Positions 29,315 to 42,166 of a stretch of 64,000 bases of DNA are shown in pieces. Numbering within the stretch: the stretch's first letter is position 1; each line of letters begins with the position of its first letter. Source of the stretch: a virus. The notes below the pieces were generated by a model. That model worked only from the letters and a program-made list of their open reading frames with translations, was not told the DNA's origin and made no database searches. The stretch lies in the IMG/VR virus record IMGVR_UViG_3300045988_113959, positions 1 through 64,000 of that record. One strand, given 5' to 3'. Both the position numbers and the translations under genes were made by a program.

Positions 29315-29854
29315 ATGGAAACACCAAAATATACAATAGGTACTGATATTAAACTAACCTTTACATTAGATGAATTATCTGACTTCGATAACACAGCAAT
29401 TAAACAACTTAGATGTTATGTTATGAATATGGATGAAGAAGCGTATGTTAATTTAGACAACTTTAGATATCCACAATATTATTCACCAACAGAATATGAT
29501 TTGAATTATACTGGTAGATTTAGCTACAACTGGCTACCATATAACCAACAAGTATTTAATGGTGGTATGTTTGGTCCAATTGATGATTATCACTTCTTCC
29601 CATCTTATAATGGATTTGGTGTAAGGTCTAAACAGTTTAAAATTATACCAAAAGAATATTTAGCACCTTCTAGAGTTACAGCTAATAAGAATGAGATTGA
29701 GATGTATTTCCCAGCTCAAGATTAGAAGACATTAGGTAGATATAGAGTTGTTATAGTTGTAACATTATATCAGCCTGGATGGGGTTCTAATAATCTTAGA
29801 ACGATGACTATAGATAAAGGTGAACAGTTTATATTAAAGGATTATATTAGATAA
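29315..29854 (+). CDS. hypothetical virion protein (179 aa, 1 TAG)
   Basis: Track ORF 29315..29725 continues past its TAG to TAA 29852-29854. Confidence 0.6.
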
Positions 29855-29873
29855 TCCTATAAAACTTAATTAT

Positions 29874-30299
29874 ATGAAACTAGAGCTTAAACGTATTGCT
29901 CTACGCGATACATATACAATAGGAAAGCTTTATATTGATGGTGAGTACTTTTGTGACACTATTGAGGATAAAGTTAGAGATTTAAATAAGAACGGTGTCT
30001 TCGATAACGGAGAGACAAAGATTAAAGGAAAAACCGCTATTCCATACGGTAAGTATGAAGTAGTGTGGGCTTATTCTCCAAGATTTAAAAGATATACTCC
30101 AAGACTATTAAACGTTAATTCATTTAGCGGTGTATTGATACATGCTGGAAATACAGCAAACGATTCAGAAGGATGTATATTACTTGGATAGAACAAGGTT
30201 ACTGGAAAAGTTATCAACTCAAAACCTTTTGTTGATAAACTATACCCGATTATACGAGATGCTTGTAAAAAAGGAAAAGTAACAATAGAAATATCATGA
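29874..30299 (+). CDS. DUF5675-like / YkuD-like (His...Gly-Cys) protein, putative cell-wall-acting lysis enzyme (141 aa, 1 TAG)
   Basis: TIGKLYIDGEYFCDTIED ... AIPYGKYEV ... LLNVNSFSGVLIHAGNTANDSEGCILLG fits my recollection of DUF5675. It is ATGA-coupled to a holin-like gene. Confidence 0.55.
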
Positions 30300-30601
30300 A
30301 AAGGCATCACAAAGATTTAGTACAATATTCAACTGCCACTATGTCAATAATAAGTGGCATAACACTAGCATTTTTATCTTTCTTTTTAAACCAACATAAT
30401 ATAGAAGATAGTATATTATGGTATATTGCACAAACGTTTGTATATGCTGGAAGTATATTCGGTGTATCAGCATATGTAAATACTAAGGTTGGAGAGATAA
30501 GAGCAATGTTAACTGATAACGGTATTGTAAACAATATAACAGAAAATGAACTTAGCGATGATGATTAGCCTAGTACTAAAAAACAAAAGAATCGCGTATA
30601 A
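30296..30601 (+). CDS. holin-like two-TM protein (101 aa, 1 TAG)
   Basis: Two hydrophobic segments (MSIISGITLAFLSFFL; ILWYIAQTFVYAGSIFGVSAYV). Reading through the TAG adds a basic tail, PSTKKQKNRV, ending at TAA 30599. Confidence 0.5.
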
Positions 30602-31214
30602 GGCATTTATTGGCGTTCTGGTAGGCGTTCTCACCTTTGTTAGTATAAATCTATACAACAGGAATAAACGCCTCTCAGAGAGCCTAGAAATAGCTAATAA
30701 TAACGTTGAAGCCTACCAGAATATATTAAATGGTTCTGAGTAGGCTAATAACGTTTTAAAACTAGATATGTCTTAGTTACGCAATGTAAACGATAAGCTT
30801 ATATAGTAGATAGATAGTGTTAGAAAGGAGTTAAAGATTAAACCTAAGGTCATAAATACAGTCGCAACTCAAACATAGACTATTTACGTTACAGCAAGTA
30901 AGGGGGTTAGGGGGTAGGATATAGTTAAGACTATACTTAGAGATAGTATATATAATGATACTATACAATACAACAACCTAACTAAAGTAGCTTATACTAT
31001 TGGGAAAGATACTGTTAGTATTAACTTAGATGTTAAGAATCAACAGTATTTATTTGTATACAAAAAGAGATAGTATAAGAATAAGAAGAGTTTTATTAAA
31101 CGTCTATTTACTCTAGACTTTAAGAAAGTAAATGTTTATAAGTATGAAATAGTTAATACTAACGACTTACTTAAAACTTCAGATGTTAGAGTAATAGAAT
31201 CAACAGATAAGTAA
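30546..31214 (+). CDS. N-terminally membrane-anchored protein, possible spanin-like lysis accessory (222 aa, 7 TAG including a tandem TAG-TAG)
   Basis: TM segment AFIGVLVGVLTFVSINLY followed by a helical region. Frame 0 is open to TAA 31212-31214. The tandem TAG is at 30804-30809. Confidence 0.45.
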
Positions 31215-31215
31215 T

Positions 31216-31923
31216 ATGACATATATAACACTTAGATAGTTTGTAGACGATATATTACTTCTAGTTCGTAATAATAATATAAGTGAGAGTGAAGACTTAT
31301 CAAGAGAATAGATTAGAAATTGGGTAAAGGAATATAAGAAATACTTTACTAAAGAGCGTCTTGATAAGATTAAAGCTCAGTCTGAAACTATTGATGATTT
31401 ATTAGCAGCTTCAGATGATATATATAAGAAGGAAACTGGACCTCACAAGTTAGAAGATGTTCCTTCTTTAGATAATTTAGCAATATATACAAAAAAGACT
31501 ATTGATAAATTAGAAGGTATATATAACGACAATGAAGATAGTATTCTTGCTATACACGACCAGCAAGGAGAAAATATACAATATATGAATCACATACGTC
31601 GTCATTATAACTATCATCGTAAATACACAGGCGGAGAACTTACAGCATTCTTTAAAGATGGTTATATTTATGTTCAAGGAACACAAGATAACAATATACT
31701 TAAGAATATATGGGTTCTAGCTATATATGAAGATGAGAATGACGATGATTGGGATAAACAAACAGAAGATGATATTAAATTACCAGCGTGGATGTTACCG
31801 CCAATAAAGCAAATGATTATGAGTAAAGAATTACCATTTATGTTAGGTAGACCTAGCGATGATAGTAACAACTCTACATTAGCAAGCGTTAAACCACATG
31901 GACCACAAGACGATGAGGAATAA
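31216..31923 (+). CDS. virion-module protein (235 aa, 2 TAG)
   Basis: ATG lies 1 nt after the preceding TAA and is in frame with track ORF 31585..31923. Confidence 0.6.
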
Positions 31924-31945
31924 GAACTCAATAACATATAGAGAC

Positions 31946-32356
31946 ATGTATAAAGATTTACCCATAGACGTGCCATACGACGCGTATAAGCGCATATTAA
32001 GCGAAATGGGTAATATTATACTATAGTGCGTATTAGACGGCTCAGACGGCTTTAAAATGCCTTTTGGGTTAGGTTATATACAAGTTGGTAAATATAAACC
32101 TAAAACTTACACAGATAAATCATTATCTGTTGATTATAAAGCCAGTAAAGATATTGGGAAACGTATATATCATTTAAATGAACACTCTGACGGGTATAAA
32201 TTTAGGTTACATTGGTCAAAGATACCTCAGACATTTCCAGATAGATACAAATATCAGCTAAGTCTTGTTAGGCGTAATAAAAGAAGACTGGCTCAATTAA
32301 TATTTAACAAAACAGATTATATAAATATAAATGATATACAAGTATATAAAATGTGA
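31946..32356 (+). CDS. small basic protein, possibly IHF/HU-like as in crAss-like capsid modules (136 aa, 1 TAG)
   Basis: ATG 31946 is in frame with track ORF 32057. GFKMPFGLGYIQVGKYKPK resembles the HU/IHF strand motif. TGA stop. Confidence 0.5.
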
Positions 32357-32375
32357 ATCAGTTATAGCTAAGATT

Positions 32376-33245
32376 ATGGCTGATTTAGATTCTTCTGAGG
32401 TAAGGTAGCGTACAAGTGATATTAAGGAGTGGATATTTGAAGCCATAGATAAGATTGGTGCACCTATGCAGTATATCAGTAGACAGTCTGGAGCCGATGG
32501 AGTTCCTGTATATAAATTACAGGATAATTAGATTCCATTGCCTTCAGACTTAGTGTATTTAGATGGGGTAGCCTATTCTACATCGGAAAATGGTCCGTGG
32601 ATTCCATGTAGTACTTAGACTTCTATATTTAAGAAGTAGAATACTACTCAACCTAAACCTATAAAGAATGTACACTTTGAAGATAAAAACTTAGCAAAGG
32701 AAGAATAGATTACAGAAGAGCAAAGAATGTAGCATAAAATGCCAACAGTTCAAGCTCAAATAAATAGACCAAATACTGGAGGTTTCTCTGACTTGTTATA
32801 TAATGACGACTTCTATGAAAAGCCAGAGTACTTTATAAAACCAGGTTGGATTGTAATGAATAAGAAGAATGGGTACATTAAACTTGCATATAAAGCAATA
32901 CCTACAGATGAGAGAGGATACCCTTTAATACCAGATTTAGAATCATACAAAGAAGCTATATACTGGTATGTTAATATGAAGTTGTCATTCCCTAAGTTTA
33001 TGAAAGGATAGCTTGGTGGGAAATTAAAGAGTGCAAACATTACTATATATAACTATATACATAATAGATGGAATTATTATAGAAATCAAGCTTATGCTGA
33101 AGCCATGATGCCAACTCCAGATGATATGTAGAATATAAAGAATGATTGGAATAAACTTATCCCAGATTGGGATGGAGATGATACATTCTTTAATTATATA
33201 GGAAAAGAACAATTAACTTATAATGATTACTACAATGGATTCTAA
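32376..33245 (+). CDS. tail/connector protein (289 aa, 8 TAG)
   Basis: ATG 32376 is in frame with track ORF 32739..33011. The frame is open to TAA 33243-33245. Confidence 0.6.
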
Positions 33246-36200
33246 TAAACAACAAAACATGCAAGTTAACTCGTTTGATGGTGGTATGAATACAGATGTA
33301 GCAGACCATTTAATTAAATCAAATTAGTACAGACTTGCTAAAAACTTAAGATTTATTTAGGGTAGAGATGGTAATACTGGAGAACTTAAAAGTTTAACAT
33401 TGCCAGACCATATATATGATGAAGCAAGTGGTCAACTTGGTACTATTGTAAGTTCTTGCCAGATAAGAGATTATGGTATTTTGTTTGTATCTAAATAGAA
33501 TCCAGAAGGGTAGGATTGTTTATATATATATAGGTTCGATATTCCAAAAGATAATAGTAAGCTTGTTAATTTCGATAGTAATGCAGCAAGTTTGATATTT
33601 GGACCGTGTACTGACTTCAACTCAAAACAAATTGGATTAGAAGCTATATTTAGACAATATAGTATTGTTGGTAGAGTTGAGAATAATGATAATATGAAAC
33701 TATACTTAGCTGATGGCGAACATTAGATAATGATTATTGATTTATTCCCAGACCCAAATAATATACCAACAAGTATTAAATAGATAGAATCTAATAATAA
33801 TTTCATAATGTATCCTCCTAAAGTTGTTGAAGTTACATACGGTAACTTAAAAGCGGGTATGAACCAATATAGTTATCAGTTGTATAGACGTTATAAACAG
33901 GCAACTCAAGTATCACCATTAACAAAGATAATCCCAATTGTAAATAAGAAAAGTGGTAATTTGTACGATGGTGTTTTACAAGGTAATAATACCAATATGG
34001 GAATAAAGCTCAGATTTAACGTTGATAATAATATATACGATACAATAAAGATATTTAGAGTGCATTATGATAAAATAGGAGAGCATCCAGAGATTGATAT
34101 TATATACGAAGGTGATTATGATGGTACGTTTGAATATATAGACTATGGAGGTTAGAGTTTAGGTAAGTTAACAGTCGAAGAGTATAATTCATCATCTGGT
34201 ATACATATAATACCTAGAGTTATAGAAGCTAAAGATGATTATTTATTTGCAGCTTAGATTAAAGAAAAGTCTGTTACAACTGATAAGTTTGATGATATAA
34301 ACACAATATCATTAAGATTCTCTGAACAAGGTTTTGCATTTGCAGCTAATTACTCTGATAGATAGAATAAGTTAGATGGTAAAACCATAAATGATTTAAA
34401 AGCGAGCAATTGGAAGTTGTTTGATGACACTACAAGGAAAACAGATTGTTTTAATATCATTAACGATATGAGTGACTTGTCTGTAAATACAGACGTTTAT
34501 ATGGAAGATATTAGAAAAAATGGAGGTTCTTCTGCATACACTTATTTATTTCAACCAAAGGATAATGGTATTATTTATTATGGTGGTGTTGGTAAGCATA
34601 TAGACTGGAGATTTGTTGTAACATAGATTTCTGGAGATGGTAATCCAGATGGAAACGAAAATACTAACTTTGATGATTCATCATCTAATATAGATGACGT
34701 TTATCTTGGACAGATAGACCCTAAGAAGATTAAGTTAAGTAATAGTACAAAAATACCTGTTAGAAATGTTAGTCCAAATAATAATATAGGTTTTAAAAAA
34801 TACTATATAAATTCTCGTGGAAATTTTGTTGATGCTGGTAAAATAAAAGATAGTGGATTATATACTGGTGCATCTTATAATGACCCAATAGTAGCATCAA
34901 ATCTAAAATCTCTAAGAAGAGGTGAGCTTTACAGATATGGTATTATATTTACAGATAGTCTTGGCAATAAGAGTAATGTAAAATGGATTGCAGATATCAG
35001 AGTACCTGGATTATACATAAATGGATTTAATACGTTTGAAGCTGGTGGTATAAAGACAGAGCTTGGTGTTAATGTTCTTGGTGTTGAGTTTAAATTACAT
35101 GATTTAGATAAATATGATATAGCTCAATATGAAATAGTTAGATGTAATAGAACTATAAATGATATATCAATAGTATCACAAGGAGTTGTATCTAGACCTG
35201 TTAAGAGATTCTCGTTTAAAAATGATAAGAATTATCCGTACACTCCAAACTTTATATTGTCTACAAATAAGTTTATAACATCAGTAGAACTTAATGCAAA
35301 TCCATTAAATGATATACGTGAGACTAATGGAAATAGACAGTTAGGTACAAATATATTTAATGACTAGTTATATCAATTCTTATCACCAGAGTTTTCATTT
35401 ACACCAACAACTGTAACGGATATAATAAAAGGTACAAATGTTAATATAAATACACTTAAATATCTATTCCCAAATTCGTCGTTTGAAAAAAGACAAGATG
35501 AATGGTTTGCTGAAAATCAAAAAAATACACTATTATAGGTAAATCATGATGATAACAATCCTAGAGTTATAGATTCTAATGGTTTTGAAAGAAATGCTAA
35601 AATATACGATAACTATTCTGGTTATAGTATATTTAAATTCGCATACGATTTAAGAATAAGCAAAACTGGTGGTGGTGGAGCACCTGATTACATGGATGAT
35701 GTTAATAAGGTTGTTGATAAATTAAAAACATCTAAACTTGTTTTTAAATATTATAATCAATCATCAGTTGTAACAATGCTTCCACATAGAAAAGGATTTG
35801 TTGATAACATAACATATAAACTTAATGATAAATTATATACATACGGTACTGTTATGTATACCTCTGATAACATATGTGAAATAAAAAACCTTAAATTTGT
35901 AAAAGGAGAGAAGTGGAATGATTTTGGAACATTAGATTCTAAAGGCAACCCATCTTTAAAATATATAGATTAGATAAATATTGTAGGAACTTATCAATTC
36001 TGCAATTGGGTTATGGGTGGTATATATGGACTTAGTGTGAGTGAGATGAATGCATGGTTTGAAAAACACGGCGATGTAGACTATGTGTACCAATCTTTAG
36101 TAGGTCCTGGTTCATCTGGATTATTAATATAGTTGAATAACAAATGGAAACATTCTGACTCATCTCAACTAAATTCAGAGATATATCAATTAACAGATAC

Positions 36201-37899
36201 TATTGGTTCTAAGGTTATACAAGCTGTAGTTTATAATGATGATGGTAGTATTATGCCTGGATTACGCCGATTAGGGTATAATAGTGAAACTATAGGTAAG
36301 CCAGTTAATGATTACGTTATAAACGCACCAAAGTTTGCTAATACATACTTTAGTTATGATGCTACGTATGGACCTGAGAATGAAAATAACATATATTCAT
36401 TTACAACACAAGGTACTTATTTATGCAATATAGTTAAAGAGTGTATTCCTTACGGAGGTTATGAAAAGAATAGTATAGAAAATAGTTTATACTATAGCTA
36501 TTCAGATGTTTATAAGTACAATAAAGGTGCTGAGAATGTAGCAGAAGTATTTAATGGAGATACTTATATATGTCCATTTGAATATGTATCATTACATAAG
36601 TTTGAGTTTAAAGGATTACACGGACCATTAACAACAACTATAGTTAATTATATACCAGTTGAGACTAGTATAAATCTAATGTATACATCTGGAACTCAAT
36701 TTATTAACAATGATTCTGGAGATAATATATCTTGGATTCAAGAAGAGTCTGGTAGAATATTAAATCATCCAGCTCAAGATAAACCTCAATTTGTATATAA
36801 TACAGCATATAGTTCAGACTACAAACTACAGATAAATACTATTAAGTCATCTTTATTAAACAAGAATGATGAGTATTTCGATTATAGATGTAGATATTCA
36901 AATAAGAAGGAAAATGGAGAACTACAAGATTCTTGGACAACGTTCTTAGCTGCAAACTATATAGACGTATCTCCAGATTACGGAAAGATAACAGAGCTTA
37001 AGACTTTTAAGAATAGTTTGGTATTCTTTCAAGAGAGAGCATTTGGATTACTGTCTGTAAATGAAAGAACAACGTTAACAGATAATAATAGTAATTAGCT
37101 ATTACTTGGTTCAGGAGGAGTTCTTGATAGATATGATTATATATCAACTACAAATGGAATGGAAGATGGTAACTTTTCAGACCTCGTTACTAACACAGCT
37201 TTATACTGGATAGACTACGATAATAAAGAATATTGCCAGTATTCTGGCGGTAATTCTTATAGTATAATATCTAGAATCAAAGGTGTTCAAAAAGCAACAG
37301 AGGAAGGTATGTACGACGTTAGACTAGAAGCACCAAAACCAAAGAAAATATTATACAATTCAAAGTATAATGAAGTTATGTTTTGGAATGGAGATAGTAG
37401 AGTTCTTGTTTATAATGATGAGACTCAATTGTTTCATTCTGTATATACAATATCTGCAAACGTTGATAGTATTAACTACTTTGATAGGAATATCATAGTT
37501 AATGGTAATGATAGTTTGGTAGAGTTTGATAAAAGTGGTAATATTAGACATAACGACAACACTAACACTATTAAAGAATTCTAGCTAAAGTATGTAATTA
37601 ATGAGTATTATCAATAGGTTAAAGTATTTGATAATATAATATTTAATGGTAGTCTAGAATTTAAAGATAACATAAAAGAAACATTCGCAACTCAAGGTTA
37701 GGTATCTAATGAATTAACTCCTGAATATATATCATAGAGATATTATGATTATAGAGCTGCAATTCCTAGAGCTTCTAATGCAGGCTTATATGGAAATAGA
37801 ATGAGAGGTAAGTCTATGGAATGTGATATTAAAAATAACATAGCTGATAATATTATTATACAATATATAACAACTAAATATAGAGCTTTATGGAGTTAA
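33223..37899 (+). CDS. large tail structural protein (1558 aa, about 19 TAG)
   Basis: Frame 1 joins track ORFs 33808, 34417, 35692, 36133 and 37159, plus a Met-free stretch of about 1 kb (34627-35691). The N-terminal NSFDGGMNTDVADHLIK...YRLAKNLR is typical of phage tail hub/propeller proteins. TAA at 37897. Confidence 0.7.
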
Positions 37900-37913
37900 A
37901 TTATAGAAGAAGA

Positions 37914-40067
37914 ATGAGAATGCCTATATAGTATCTTCCTGGATTTGCATATGGCACATCATATTTACCATGGTACGCATCAAGGCGTAATATGTATGGA
38001 GATACAAATGATTATTACAATATAGATGGATAGTATAGACCATTAAATGGAAGAAACTCTAATATTAAAGGCGTTGTTGGTAAATTAGGAGATAACGCCA
38101 GTAATATTATGTCTTCAGGAATACAATTCGCTGGAGATTTGGGTAATGCATTTGGTGGCGTTAAGAGTGTAAATGATATACTTGACGAAACTGGAACATC
38201 GTATTCAAATGGTATAGGTTTTGGGTATCAGAGAATAAATGATATAGATAGAGGGGCTTAGCTAACAGAACTTAGAAGATAGAGTCAAAATAATACAATG
38301 AAGACTGTTGGGTCTGGAGCTGCATTGGGTTCAACTATTGGAAGTGTTGCTGGACCAGTTGGAGGATTGATTGGTGGTGCCGTAGGTGCTTTAGGAGGTC
38401 TTATAGGTGGTTTATTTGGTGGTGCTAAAAGAAAGCGTAAAATGCTTAGAAGATTAGAACTGGCAAAAAAAGACGCAGAAGCAACAAATAACTATAATCA
38501 GAGTTCATCACAATCTGACTATATGATTAATGATTATTATAATACAAACGGTACAACTCAAGATGATGTATTGTACGCTAAGCGTGGTAAGGATAAAGGT
38601 TATTCTGCTAATGGTATTAATACAAAAACCAATGTGTACACATCACAAGGAAAAGTTAATACTACACCTAATGCTAGAGTTGCTGCTGGAGAAAGTATTA
38701 TAGATAATATAAATGATACAAGTAAAACAACTGGACATGTTGTTAAAGATGGTAAGTTAGGACAAGATACAAATCTAGCAAACTTAAACGATAGTACAAT
38801 TGTTCTAGGTCAAGATATAGATTGGAGAAATGGAATGACATTTAGAGACCAATCTTTACCATACACACAAGCACTTGAAAAGATTAATAAGAAGTATGAA
38901 AATAGAACAAATAGTTCTATAAATAAACTTAGAGGAACTATAGGTAAACAGAGTGATGAGCTACAACAGCAACAAGTAAATAAATTAAAAGAACCTATCG
39001 TTCAAAAACTTAAAGATTTATCAGAGCAACAAGCTCTTCAACATAGTCAACAAGAAATGCAAAATAACTATAATATGCCTGGATATGCAAAAGGTAAGAA
39101 TAATACGTATGGTTATATAGAACCAATGAGCTGGTATAGTAATGCTGTACCGATGGGTCTTGGAATGCTTACAAGTCTTGGTCAATATTTTGATGCAAGA
39201 GGTTAGAAGATACACACTCCTGATGTATACGCTGGTAACCCATACGAAACTGCTGCATTGAACGAAATGTCAAAGCTGAACGTAAACCCATATAAAGCAA
39301 TACAAGACGTATATAAACAAGATAGAATTAATAGATATGCAATCAATAGAGCTGGTGGTTTAAGTGGTTCTCAGAAGTATTTAGCTAATGTTGCTATGGG
39401 ATTAGGTACTCAAAGTAATATAGCAGATGTGATACAAAAAGCACAAGAAGTTAATAATCAGTATAGAGGTAAGTGGGCTGAAGCCGCACTTAATGCTGGT
39501 AATGCATTAGCTCAACGTAGACAACAAGCTAATCAGTATAACACAGAATACGCATCACAAGCACACGCAGCAAGACAACAAGGTATGCAAATGGGTATCC
39601 GTAACTTTATGGATTACTTACAGCAATACGCAGCAAATGAATATAAGCGTAAGACTGGTAACGGAATGCTTGGATTATATCAGCAACAAGTAGATTTAGA
39701 TAGAGATAAGTTTAATGCTGGCAACAACGGTGATAATATACCTGATAATAATGATAGACCATTCTCTTATTCAAAGTATTATAACTTTATGAATGGTATT
39801 AATAGCAACAATAGTCCTTATAAATTTGTACCAACAATGAGTTTAAATACTGGTGCTAATAATAGTATTTTTGGACAAAAGGAGCCTACTAAACTTATGA
39901 CATACATTAAGAACTACAATCCTAATAGTAATAAAACAACTAAAATAAAACCTGGCACTGTAAGACCAACTGGAGTTACAAATGATGTAGTTATACCTTA
40001 TGCAACATACGTTCCACAGTATATTGATTTTACAAACCCAGACCCAAGATGGTTAAATTGGCAATAA
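37914..40067 (+). CDS. Gly/Gln/Asn-rich virion protein with glycine-zipper segment (717 aa, 5 TAG)
   Basis: ATG 37914 is in frame with track ORFs 38298 and 39258. TAA at 40065. Confidence 0.65.
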
Positions 40068-40078
40068 TTATTTAAAAT

Positions 40079-42166
40079 ATGGTTTACTCGAGAGATTAGT
40101 GGGTCCAGCTCCCAGTTAGAGATTTATACGATTCTCAGATAATGCTGGCATCTATAAACGCTGCAAGAGATATGTATCAGCGAGGTGTAGATGAAATGAA
40201 GGAATTTAAAAGGGAGTATGGAGATTTCTATAGTCCTATACAGAAAGATATGGATTGGTATACAACCAATGTTACTTAGGGTATGAGAGATACCATAGAA
40301 GACTTATATGCTAGAGGAATCGACCCACTTAGGTCTGCCGAAGGTAGAGCCATTATATCAAGGAGAATTAACAATGCTCCTATTGGGGAAATAAATAAAT
40401 TAAAGATGGCTTCTAAAACAGCTCAAGAATATCTCAAAAATAGGGGTGTTCTTGAAGCTCAAGGTAGGTATAATAAAGACTATGAAGACTTTGTCAATGG
40501 TGGTAAGACTATTGAAGATTGGGATACTCTTAGAGATGGTATTTGGACAAGACAAGCTCCATCATAGTTTATGACATTAAAAGAAGCTACAGAGAACTGG
40601 TATAATAATAGAACACCACATTCACTTACACAAAAAGAAGTTGAAGGTTTTGGCGTTAAATACGATAAAAGATATAATTATACAGGATTTACAAAGGACG
40701 ATTTACTTGGCATTGCAGCTAAAAATACTCCAGGTTGGAACGGTTCTCAAATAGCTGACTACTATAGAAATGTAGCAAAGAACTAGTTATTATCAGAAGG
40801 TATTGAAAAGCCAACCAATTAGCAAATAGAATACAGATTGTAGCAGAATGTCGCTGCCGCTAATGACGAGTATAAGATTAAACCTATAGAACAGGTTAAT
40901 CAGTATGCAATGCTCGATAAGCAACAAGCATATCAAACACAAGCTCGTAGAGAAGGCTTTGCTCACGATAGGGAAATGGCAGCATTTAATGCAGCTAAAC
41001 AGAGAGAGATGGCATATCTACAATGGAGGTTATCAAATTCTACTCCAGATGGAAATGGTAATCCTGCACTTAAGAACCAACAACAGCAACCAATTCCTCT
41101 TTCATTTACAGAATAGCTTATAGAGTCTGCAAATAGAAAGAAGACTGATAATATAGCTGGTCCAAAGAACTTCCAAGCAAATACTAAGAAGATATCAGAT
41201 TATTGGTTAGGTAAGGCTTATAGTGTATTAAGTAAAGCCGACAGTAATGGAGATGGTAAACTATCTAAGGACGAACAAGCAAACTGGAAAGTTAGATATA
41301 GTCGTTTATCTCCATATCAAAAGAAACTTTACGATAATGCGATACATCATAGAAATTGGTGGAATAAAGTTTCAGCTGAAGGTTATGGTAACGCTGCCAA
41401 AAACGGACTTATAGATAAGTTTGGTAATGTAACAAGTAGATTTACTAACGCTATGGCTTATTCTGATAAGAATACTGGTAATAATGGTTATAGTGATAAT
41501 GAAAGAAATAGAATAAACTCTAAATACTATAACAATGTATTTACAGATATCAATGAAGAAGGTAGAAAACAAATAATAAATCTTCTTACAGGAGGAAATG
41601 AAGAAAATTATGTAATAGATGAGAAAAAATCTAAGTTTGGAAAGAAACATCCTGTATTAAACTTTTCAGAAAGTGGAGTTTGGTTTGGAAATTATAGAGC
41701 GCATAATGCGTCTACTGGAAGAGATTTAACAAATGGTAGTATAAGTAAAACATTCCAAAATTTCCTCAAGAGAAACAAGGTAAAAGGCTGGGTTGTTAGT
41801 AAAAATGGAATCGGTGTAACAACTGTTCCAAATAGAGGTAAGGGTCAATCCTTGGATATTTTAGCAAATGTTTCAGTACCATATAGTGTGCTTGAAAGGT
41901 ATGCAAATTCTATAGGAGTTGGCTCTTCTAATATTCCTCAATTGATAAGGAGTTTAGGTTTAAGAATGATGAATGTTAATGGTGATACTATAGATAAGAA
42001 AGAAGATAATACGTTTGTAGAAATACCAGTATCTAAGCAGATAGATAACAATGGCGGTCAAGGTTATGGACAAGTAGACACTTCTTATGATAAGAGTTTA
42101 TTTGGCGGAAAAGAAGCCGCAGCAAGAGAAATACAAAGACAATATAAATCTTCATAGACAAGATGA
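40079..42166 (+). CDS. virion (likely ejected/cargo) protein with EF-hand-like loop (695 aa, 8 TAG)
   Basis: Frame 2 joins track ORFs 40283, 40571, 40910 and 41453. It ends at a TGA that overlaps the next ATG (ATGA at 42163). Confidence 0.65.

Noticed and set aside
42164-42166. Possible TGA (or TAA) reassignment in addition to TAG.
   Set aside because: TGA and TAA occur exactly at gene ends, often in ATGA/TAATG coupling overlaps (2851, 26568, 27389, 30296, 42163). They never occur inside the long frames.
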